DNA of 62,495 bases, filler included, from Choristocarpus tenellus KU-1152 (taxonomy: Eukaryota; Protista; Phaeophyceae): NCBI GenBank assembly GCA_964200185.2. It is 10 parts of 10 records of this genome, joined end to end, with 100 filler letters (N's around TTAATTAATTAA, not from the genome) between each part and the next. Parts side by side here need not be neighbours in the genome. Positions count along the whole stretch, not along the records: positions 36,282 to 44,864 come from CAXNAD020004563.1; positions 44,965 to 53,055 come from CAXNAD020005164.1; 8 more parts are not named here. One strand, written 5' to 3'. Under the pieces are notes generated by a model. That model searched no databases. It was not told where the DNA came from and saw only the letters and a list, made by a program, of their open reading frames with translations. Both the position numbers and the translations under genes were made by a program. Below, one piece after another: positions 36,653-47,005 of the stretch (the stretch's first letter is position 1; every line of letters begins with the position of its first letter).

Positions 36653-39600
36653 ATGAGCGTTATCCCTGAGGACCGTGTGGACATGATTGAAGAAGCAATA
36701 AGGGCGAAAGTCGATACTATGACGGGCTTTTCAGATGTCGAGGGAAAGGGTCGAGCACTCGAAAAGGTATGAGCCACACATTGACATATATTTGAACGGT
36801 CAAAACAAGAAGACAGGCACGAAATCATGACAGGTTGCAGCTACAAACAACACTTCGCTTCGAACCCTCCTAGTTACTTTTCAATCAACCTCAGTCCAAC
36901 AAATTATGCGACTTTCATATTGTACAGGCATTTAGATACTTCGACACCAATGGCAGTGGGACGGTCAACTACAACGAGTTTTTCGCTGCTATGACAAGGC
37001 TCAATTTCGTCGGAGTTCAGGTGGTTCTTCTCGCCAACACTCTTGAGAGCCAAGGAATCACGCGTTACCTTTGGGTAGCATTTACCGTGGTATCTGTGAT
37101 ACTATGGCGAATATCTCTAGAGATGTATAAGGACCTTTGAAGTGGGAATTCAGCTACCCTGTTACCACTGTAGAAGAGGCTGGGGCGAGGAGGATTCAGC
37201 TTCGGTAGAGGTAGACTCAACTTGGCAAAGATTGACCCCACTACAAGACATGTACCGTAGAAACTCTACCGTAAGATATTTCCAAGTGTGGTTGACTGAT
37301 ATCCCACCAATCCCTTACCGTACTGGTGATTGATCGTGCCACCCACACAGCGTGAGCTGGAATCATTGTTTGACCGCTATGATGAGCACTGCTCAAACAC
37401 CCTATATTACAAGGACTTTTGTAACCATCTCTTCGGCATGGGACAACACCTGTCCATGAATTCAACATCACGCTCCGTGGTGGCAAGGGTAAGCGAAAGT
37501 GATGGCAAATATTCCTGCAGTGAGAGGGTATATCATCATTCATCAAGGCACTTTCTATCCTAGTTGACTCGACTCCTGAAACGTTAACCCACTCTCCTCT
37601 TGACACTCCAACCGTGCCATACCTGCAGCTGGAGTTAACCAGGGTCTCACAAACCCAGTCTTGTACAGTCAACCCGCGTGCCATCAATGACATCATTACA
37701 CGATTCACAGGTCAAGGGTTCTATCTTCGAGCAAGGTGGTGTCAATGGTCTTCGTTCCCTTAAATATTTCCTCCGTCGGATGGATAGAGATGGGTCAGGA
37801 ACACTTGACCGCTCTGAGCTTTGCATTGGCCTTGGAGATTTTGGGATAGATGTGGATGATGCTCCTGGTGGGGATGTGGACAAGCTCATCGGTTTCTTCG
37901 ACCGAGACGGAAACAATCGCATCAACCTGGAGGAGTTCCACCGGGGCTTGCAGGTGGGTGGACAAGGGGGACTGGATCCGACCACAGCACCCTAAGGGTG
38001 AGATTTTTTCGTATTGATGAGATCATGAATGCCGTGCGAATTCTTGGGTATCCTGCATGTAGTCGACAAATAGGAGAAACCTATCTACTCTCTGTTCTGA
38101 GGGTTATCCCAGACCACCCTCTTTGTTGTATTCATGAGTGAAAGCATCTTACAGGGTAAAAGTTTTGCCGCGTTTATCCGTTTGGGGTTTGGCTTCCCAC
38201 GTGTATTTTATGATATTTTACCTACTCCAAAACATTTAAGAGTTGGTAAAATATATACATAATGAAAAGGTGTATCCGGATCAAGGATATTGACACTTCC
38301 TAACAAACACGTTAGCCAAAATTACATCAAAATCGCAACATTGGGTTTTGGCCCCCAAATGGACACGGCTCTACCCTCTAAGATAATTTGACTCCATAGT
38401 TGTCTTAATTTCCATATTGGCTTTTACAGTGCATAAATTACAACAGCCTATAGTGGAGGGCACTTTTTCAAGATTCTGCAAACAAAGCTGTTCGCCTGCA
38501 TTCTTCCTCCTCAGGGAAATATGGTCAAAGGGCGTAAGGCTCTAGTCAAGGAAGCATTCAATCGTCTGGATTCTACTGGTGATGGTACAGTCACTCTCGA
38601 AGATCTCCGTAATGTAAGAAATAGGTGCCCTTCATCTGACTGTGATTTGACGATGGTGCCTACTGCATTTTAGTTCTAACTGAGCTATGTATGGTTGATG
38701 CCAAGATTGAGAGGGCTAGGTGATGTTGCTGGGCAAAAGCATCCTGTTGGCGCAATGTGATAGTCACACTACTCACCTATCGGTGTTAGTGCTATTTTTC
38801 ATGGTATATCTCCTGCTACTTGAATCTCATTCTTATCAGCGTAATCTGTGCAGTTATTGTATCGCAGGACAGGAAAAGGATCAGAGTGGTATAGACCACA
38901 TCCTGGTGATATGCACTTCAATTTCCTGTGGCATTTCTCACAGTGATAAAGACTCAGATGTATCTATTTGAAAAAGGTGGTCCATTGTTGTGAGATTATT
39001 CTTACTTCTCTATTGTTCTGTTGAATCTCAATCTCTGAACGAAAATATATGTGAAAGCAATGGACTTCCTTCGTGAGGCACAAACATACATGCAAGAGGA
39101 ACTATGTTATAAATATCTTAGAATATTAAACCAAGTCCTATGTACTTCAGAAATGTTATGTATATACATCATGAGAATTGCACAGAAAAGAACACACTTG
39201 TAACTATTTCTGCCATGTTAATTGAGACAGAGTATAGTGTTACCTAATTTTGTGGCAATAATAATCAAAGCTTACAGTAGGAAATGACAGTATTATGAAT
39301 ACATATTTAGTTTTGTCTTGTTTCTACCAACCTCACAAGGACACAGTCTTAGTACATGCTTCAAAGTAACATTTAGAGGCCTGACGCAAACTTTACAACT
39401 CCTCTGCAACTTTGCACCCAGTCCTATGACCCAACATCCCACCCAGACGTTGCTAGTGGACAAATGACCCCAGATGAAGCACTCCAGGATATGCTCACCA
39501 TTTATGAGCAAGGACCTAACACAGATGGGAAGGTAAGACGAATTTCCCCTGCCCCTCCGCTAAAGCAGTGTGTTCTATGAGAGACAGATATTATGTCATC

Positions 39601-41029
39601 ATCTCCTGTGAATACTACAAGAGTCTTTGCATCCACTTGACCTTGTGAAACATAGAAACAGTCATTCGACCCCTTTAGGTAAGACATTTTCTCTCATCAG
39701 GGTATTGTTTTACAAGAGTCATTTAGTGTTTTGCGCACATTGAAATAAGCCTATCTTATTTCAAACATATCCTGTACCAGACCTTTTCGCTCTTGGGTGA
39801 AAGTATCTTAGAGGGTACGGGTTTTTCCTTGTCTGTCCATTTGGGGCTTGGCTTCCCTCGGGTTTTTTAATGACATTTTCCTACTCCAAAATATTTCAGA
39901 GTAGGTAAAATATATAACAACAACAAAATCGCAACATTGGATTTTGGATCCCAATTGGACGCGGCTCTACCCTCTAAGATACTTTGGCTCTCTTTGTAGA
40001 TGGAGTTGCCATCTCACTGCCTCCCCCCCTATCTGTCCTTCCTTGTCCTTGCCTGGTTGCATGCATTTCTTGATATGGATGGTGGGTGATGTTACTTGCA
40101 AGGTAAGCTGGAGAGAATTCCTTGAGTATTTCAAAGATATATCTGCTGCTGTGGAAAACGATGAGTACTTTGAATTGGTAATGCGGAATGCATGGCACAT
40201 CAGCGGAGGAGAGGGGCAGGCAGAGAACTCCTCCTGTCGACGCGTGCTCGTCACACACTTTGATGGGGCTCAAGAGGTGCGTAGTGAGAGTTGTTGGGTA
40301 GATGAGTGATAGGGTAGTTGGTGGTTGGTGGTTCTCCTTCTTTTTCTGATGCCATGATGTTGGTTCCAGGGTGCACACATTGCCATGGCTGCCATGATCC
40401 AAAAACTCCGATCACAGAGATGAAGATTGCTTGCAGGCTTGGGTAACCTTTTCAGCATGCCTACTGGGGGTGTCTTCCTCTATGCATTGAGTGCATACCA
40501 TGGGGAACGCAGGGCCTTCATCCTCATGGAAGATATTTGTGTCAGGAAGAGGATCTTTTGCATCAGAAATATCTTGTTCTCATCCGAGTGAAAATTCCAC
40601 TTGTTTTTGTTGTCAGTGTGTCATCAATCGTTAGCAGAGGTCAAGCTGTTGGCTTTGACCTCACAGTATAAGTCAAAATTGAGACCCAAAAGAAGCAATA
40701 GAATCTGAGGTCGCTTCCAAAAGTGTGCGTGAGTGCTGAACCATACGTCATGGAGCACTATCAATTTTGACACTAAGACATCCCATTTGTTCACAATCTG
40801 TCCCTACTTTTGGTTCCCCTCTTTTCCTCGACTCAACCCCTTTTTGAATCATACCTTAGCATTGGGGTGACCCCCAAACGAACATATCTGAACGAACAAA
40901 TTTGTTTACTTGCAGGTCCTGGAGGTTGAGGATGACCTTGGCATAGACCAAAATGATTTAGGTATGATTCAAAAGCGACTGGAGCAGCAGGGGGTCCAGG
41001 AGATCGCAACAGTGTCTTTGTATGACTGA
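36653..41029 (+). CDS. Calcyphosin-like multi-EF-hand protein, 361 aa; exons 36653-36766, 36928-37020, 37351-37488, 37711-37953, 38515-38613, 39422-39532, 40103-40276, 40916-41029
   Basis: EF loops DTNGSGTVNYNE, DRDGSGTLDRSE, DRDGNNRINLEE, DSTGDGTVTLED. Calcyphosin signature HPDVASG...EFLEYFKDISAAVENDEYFELVMRNAW. ATG-to-TGA frame is open across seven GT-AG introns. Confidence 0.93.
38136..38394. mobile_element. MITE family A, full copy in intron 4 of the EF-hand gene
   Basis: GAGTGAAAGCATCTTACAGGGTA...TACCCTCTAAGATAATTTGACTC; 3-bp TSD CAT. Confidence 0.9.
39795..39990. mobile_element. MITE family A, internally deleted copy in intron 6
   Basis: GGGTGAAAGTATCTTAGAGGGTA...TACCCTCTAAGATACTTTGGCTC; 4-bp TSD TCTT. 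Confidence 0.9.
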
Positions 41030-41996
41030 CATCGAAAAAAGAGCGAAAAATAAAAAGAAGGATATCCCGTTGTTGGTTTGCCAATGCAAGTAGAAGGGAG
41101 CTCAAGTATTCTAAGTCTGCCACATCGTAAAGGGAGAGTAATTTGCAGGGGGTGAAGTGAGAGCAAAGACATTCAAAAGGAGGTTAGAGCCTTGATGGAG
41201 AGTTTGAACCCTGATGGTGAAATATAGGAAGGGGCGGGATTATAGTTGTTTGATATCGTTCTAGTTGATCTGTTTCAATAGGAGAGGGGACTTGTTTCGA
41301 TTTTTCAATACGGACAAGCTGCTCAAATGCAAGCCTGGCACACATTTTTTTAGAACTCTTATCTTGTAGAGTAAAACTGTGATGCAGTGCCACCAATGGT
41401 GGATCTCTCGAGTCTGAACCTCATTGCAATGATAATCCTGTACTAGTATGCCGCAGGGTTTTTATGAGGCCTTGAACAGTACAGGTGCAGCATATCAGAG
41501 TGAGATACATTACCACTGGTTCTAAACCAGTTGTCATTTGGACTGTGCCACTGATGTTTAGGTATGGCAAAAAAAAACTTCTCAAGAGGATAATATACCA
41601 GCAGTAGAATACCTCCTATTGTTGTAACACCTCAGAGACCTGGTTATTAAAGGTCAAATTGTTTTGGAGAGAGTTGCTATAATATACCGGCAATGAGCAG
41701 CAATAAGCAGCAATCAGGCAACCACATACACTTCCTACTAACAAGTTCCACTCAAGTTATGTCATGATGCACTAGAGATTTGTGTGAATCAGAAAGCAAG
41801 GATGTTGCTCTCAGAGATAAATATTTATGCAAGTACACGGAAGGTACCCAGAGTTGTACACTCAGGGTGCTGACAAGTACGTCTAAAGTTTATCCTTTTT
41901 TTTTTTATTATAAAAGTGAATAGCTCTGTATGCGCTGGTGCAGTGTTCAAGTTGGAAAAAAATATGTATCCAAGAAAAGGGATGATCTTGAACCCT

Positions 41997-43590
41997 TCAG
42001 GTCTTAAGGGCTTTTTTTGAACCTTGTGCAATATACACTGTACTGTACCCTTCCGTGTCTGAATCGCAGTTATCCCCCCCTTTCTTAGAAGAGGGCATGG
42101 CTACAGAAAGGAGATCAGCTCCGAAAACAAGAAGATAGTTGAAAGTACCCTGCACACTGCTCGGATTTCCTGACACAATAGAAAGTGCTTCCCGCTCATA
42201 GCACCACTGTACATAATCAATACTTGTATCATTTAGAATCAAGTTGTAGAGAATCTGTACTGCCTGAGATACTGGGTACCTTGCATCTGAAAATACCTCT
42301 CAGTGTCATTTATTAGGACCAACCGTATGAAATATTCTGACTGTGGCGTCATGGAGATAATTTCTTGAGTGACTTACATTCAGCAACCTCAAGCATACGG
42401 GGTGACAAAACAGTGTAGGAGTATGGCAAGGCTGTGCAAGAAACTGTTGAAGATATCTAGACTATACCTTATGATGTCAGCAATAACCTTTGTACCCTCG
42501 TACCTTCACATTGTCCCGCTGATCTTCTATAGTTTGATCAACATCTCCATGAAAAAAAACGGTCTTCATTACCTCACTGATACTGCACTACTAATACTGG
42601 GGGTGGGTGGGAAGGAGGGAGGAAAAACAGAGTGAGACAACTGTTGACAAAAAGCTCAACTATTTCTGACGGATTAGAATAATTTATTATTATTATTATT
42701 ATTACTATTATTTTTTGTAGTGTATAGTGTATACCATGCTTCTCACCCATCATATCCTCAGGACAGCATATTCACATAGGAAATCAGTGGGGGTTGGGTT
42801 CTTATTCACTTTTTTTTTTACCAGTTTCAGCAGTTACCGCCCTTGAAGAACTTTGTGGTTGGCAGGAAAATATGGCGCTATCAAGGGAATCTATTTTCAC
42901 GAAAAAAAAAGACTTACTCTTTTCAAGTGTCAAGATTTTCTTTCACTGATCTTTGTCTTACCACCCCATTGATCAATCTCTCATCCAGACACGTAACAGT
43001 TCTCAATTGCGTTTACCACAACCAACTGAGTGCCAAGCACAGTTCACAGGCAATTTTATATTTCGCACAGGGCAAGTGAGGGAGTTCATAATATGTAAGA
43101 GGCATTGCAATAGGTTTTACTCTACATACACAAAAATCCTGAAAGTTGTGAACCAAAAAAAATACTGTGCCACCCATGCAACCTTGCAAACATGTATGTG
43201 TTAAATATACCGAGCGAGTCAATCTGGGACGATCTGGATTTTGAGTAATTGCAAGACTTCAGGTAAAATATTCCCAGTACGCCTTTGTGTTGGGTGTGGC
43301 AGGCAGTAACACTTTCATAAGAAAATACTCTTAACACACCATAAACATCCTTGATGGGATGGTCCGTATGTTGATAATGGCTTACAGTAAGGACAATTGC
43401 TATTTACAAAATATGCTTCCAAATTACGTTGTAGTCCATCTGTAGATTATGGAGAGATGCATCTTGGTGACCAGCTCCCACTGTAGTCAGTAGGGTGGAT
43501 ATTGGCATTCTGATAATTAAGATTCTTACTCAGCAAAATCCAACAAATGTCTGACTGCCTGCAGCCTGCTACACCACTGAAATCATTGTT
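41997..43590 (-). pseudogene. Decayed multi-exon gene with very short introns, possibly a CACTA/Mirage-like transposase
   Basis: Series of GTAAG donors and YAG acceptors 27-91 bp apart. One exon reads LRVFSYESV..TQHKGVLGIFYLKSCNYSKSRSSQIDSL, followed by CELC. Open terminal exon 42286-41997. Stops in internal exons. Confidence 0.35.
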
Positions 43591-44099
43591 CTGCAAAACA
43601 ACCAGTACACGTAAGGATCAGTCTTCAGGTGCAGCATGCTCTTACTCATGACCAGAGCACGCTTCAGCAGGCAAGACATTTCAATAGGCTGGGGGCTTCA
43701 ACAAGGCTGGAAGTGCTGGTGGTGTGTCACCACTAATAAATACCTCACCATCAATTGCGGCAGATTGATTTTAAGGAGAAAAGACATGAAACATACCATT
43801 CAAGAAGAACAAATATGTGGGATGGTCAGGTTGGGATTTCACAGAATTATTATATTATTCACTCAGAGACTCAATCTTCCTCCTCCGAGAAGCATAAACT
43901 TTCAACTTCCAGTTGCTCTTTTTCAACACAAGAAAAGCAAGGGAATAAGAAGTCAACCACTACCCATAACCCCCATCTTGTCACCCAGCTCAATCGCAAA
44001 ATGTCTCACTTACTCATACATCTTCTCATTCTTTTTATTGGCACACACCTTTCCCACCTGTTCTGCTGCTATGCCCTCATTCATCTGTAACGAGGCAAG

Positions 44100-44850
44100 G
44101 CAGACTCAACTCAGGAGGGAAAAGTGCACTATTTATCTTTGCATAGGACAGCAAAAACCCATCCCATCACCATAAAAATACAAACAAGCACATATCATTG
44201 TAAAGCACTCGCCCTCCAAGGACGTGGTACCCCCCCAACACGTCCCGTCCCCTCGCTTCCGAAACAATCTCAGACCTCATCAGCATGCAGTGACCCAATC
44301 TCAACAGGCCTTCAACAGTCAACTTCACCATGCAGATACAAGCAACATAAAACGCCTTTACTCCCCCATCCCACCCTTTCCACGCACTCTCAACATGTCA
44401 ACATTTCTGGGCATTCCAGAACTTACTGTGTTTATTCACCACGAACTTTCAATTTTTAGCACACTCTTTATTTATTTTAATCTCTTAATTCTCAATGACC
44501 CCAACCCCTCCCCCGAGACCCTGGCATCGTTGGGGCACTCCCAAAAAAATCTAGGTGAGTGTTTCAACCAACATGGAATGCCCTCACATCTCCCCTTCCA
44601 GTCTCATTTTCACATCAATGCAACCCAAGCAAGTTTTTCCTTGCATCTCTGAGGCACTTCCCCAACAAAATCTAGGCAAGAGTTCCTTCCAAAACAAAAT
44701 GACAAACCCTGCCTATACCTTCCCAATTCATTTTTGTCAACGCCATACAAAACGTTCTTCCTGCACCTCCATTATCCCCCCAAATGAAAAACACAGGGAA
44801 TCTAAAGAGCACCCACGATAGAATCCAGTGAATGTCTTACAGAAACAGAA
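44100..44850 (-). mobile_element. Possible highly decayed non-LTR RT remnant
   Basis: Minus-strand GVPQRC (cf. GVPQG) followed by LHADE (cf. YADD) in the expected order; heavily disrupted. Confidence 0.3.
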
Positions 44851-45031
44851 CCCCCCCTCCAGATNNNNNNNNNNNNNNNNNNNNNNNNNNNNNNNNNNNN
44901 NNNNNNNNTTAATTAATTAANNNNNNNNNNNNNNNNNNNNNNNNNNNNNNNNNNNNNNNNNNNNTGGGTAAGGTGGGAGGTTGCCTGTACCTCTGCGAAA
45001 GTGACATCTAGCAGAAGGCATATATTGTAAA

Positions 45032-45733
45032 TGTGTAAAGCATGTTTGTCTGTTGTTATACTGTTATGCCGATTGAGGTTGTGTTCTGAGAACTTCGGTT
45101 CGACTGTGTGAAGGATATTCGGAGTGCTTTACAGTGTTTTATAGTTATATCCTCAACACCTTCGTGGTGGAAAGTTTTGGGCACCTCGGCAAGCAAGCGG
45201 GATGCTTCCTCGATGAGTTGGCTACTCACATGGTAGGGGGGAGAGGAGCGGGAGGATATAGCAGGAAAGGAATAGTTAAATCCTCGCTACACCAAATTGT
45301 CTCGGTAACTACGCAAGTGGCACTGTCTAGATGTGTCATTCGTTTAAGCTGGAGTTACCAGGGAGATTAGCACGGAGAGGTTTATTGGATTCTTGGGATG
45401 CCTCCCTAGCTCCTCCCAGGGGCACAGGTATATAGGTAGATTGGAGACACAGGAAGGCAGTAGTACAACATAGTTTTCATTGGTAGATTGGAGACACGAG
45501 AAGGTGATACAACACAGATAGTGGTGAAGTAACTAATAGATCAGTGTCTTTTACTTTTATGAAATTTTATTTCTTTACGGCTTATACTGACATGTGTATA
45601 GTTTTCGTTGGTTTCCCCCTGACACATCTGCAAAATGTCAGAGGGCATAACAATAAAATATTCGGAGTGATAGATTTCTGTGTCTTCCGTGTGTCACAGA
45701 ATCACACGATTCATATAATATAGTTCGTAAGCA
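45032..45733 (+). repeat. LTR-like repeat (homolog of 8256-8676) split by a non-LTR insertion
   Basis: Homology to 8256-8676 stops at 45126 and resumes at 45658. Confidence 0.7.
45127..45657 (+). mobile_element. 5'-truncated CRE-like non-LTR retrotransposon (C-terminal endonuclease region + 3' UTR) with 12-bp TSD
   Basis: FVVESFGHLGKQAGCFLDELATHMVGG...QIVSVTTQVALSR (RLE C-terminal ExFGxLG pattern). TSD ATATTCGGAGTG at 45115-45126 and 45658-45669. A-rich 3' end. Confidence 0.85.
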
Positions 45734-46610
45734 AATAGAAAATAGATTTTGGAGAGATATCTTTTACATTTAGGAGAATTGTTACATTTACAGGGGTGAC
45801 ATATCCAAAAATGTGAGAGGAAAATATATATGTTAATATACGTATTAGTTTCACCACCCATTCTTGACTTTACCTTGAGATTTGTGACAGGTTATCATCT
45901 CCTTATCCAAACTCACATATATATAAAATATATAGTATATGTTGTACCACTTTACTTGAAAGGAGGAAGAAATAATGATGGTCAAGATTGCTAGGTCTAT
46001 GAAAAGGTCTGGCTTTATAAGTGTAGAGTTGTAGGAAGCTTGGAGACTTCAACGTTATAAGAACTGTTTTACGACGGGCTAGGGGTAGGAGCTTGGAAAG
46101 CGCCACCCTTACAGTCAAACAAGCGCCATAAATTTTGAATTTAAAGTATCGATTCATAAGAATCGGTTAGTCAAGGGTAATGGTGAAAAGGTTCAATTTA
46201 TCTCACACACAAATACAAGATGAATATTCATATCTCAGAACCCATGTATTTGTTCTGTTTTGATGGCGGGGTCATATTTTCCACAGAACTATCTTGTGTC
46301 CACAAAGAAGACAGGACAGTCTCACACACGTCAGTGGACTCAAAATCAAATTACTTTCTGCGAATAGAAATAGTTCAACAATTCGACGATTTTATTGATT
46401 ATGATAATGAACTATTGGACCCAAAATTCATACATTCTTCAACATGACGTAGGCGATTTATTCGAAATATAGTATAGTGTTGATGAGATGTCTAGTCGAT
46501 TTGCACCATTATTCGAAAGTCGGAGGTAACTACTTGTCACACCATTCTCTTTCTCTTTTCATATTTCCTAGCCGTTGATCCTTCTAAGATGAATCAAGAG
46601 GAGAGGAAAC

Positions 46611-46620
46611 GACCAATCAC
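46611..46620 (+). promoter_or_regulatory. Candidate CCAAT box upstream of the MYB gene
   Basis: GACCAATCAC about 390 bp before the proposed ATG; motif match only. Confidence 0.25.
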
Positions 46621-47005
46621 AGCAAATAGATTTTTTTAATCTTTTCTTCATCAAGTTTGACATGGTATGTGATGCAATATGATTTTTGTGTACACACCTT
46701 CCTCTTACAATAATTTTTGTCATGGGTAACAAACACATTTTACATACAGATCAAAACAGGGGGACTAAGCACATCCACTGTGGATAACTGGTGTCACAAT
46801 CACGACTGGAAACGGAAGGTCCTCCAGTGGGTTACTGGTTCTGGTTGGTGTGCAAGGGATTTATTCTAGTGTCCTACCCTGAAAAACTTAGGTGGTATCT
46901 TCTCCACAAGATTCCGTCAAGCCCCATCTGTTGGGTCACCCCTTCAACGGTCGTGCAAGACATCTCTTACCGAAACTTTGGGATCTACGTGTTTGCTTGA
47001 GAGCA

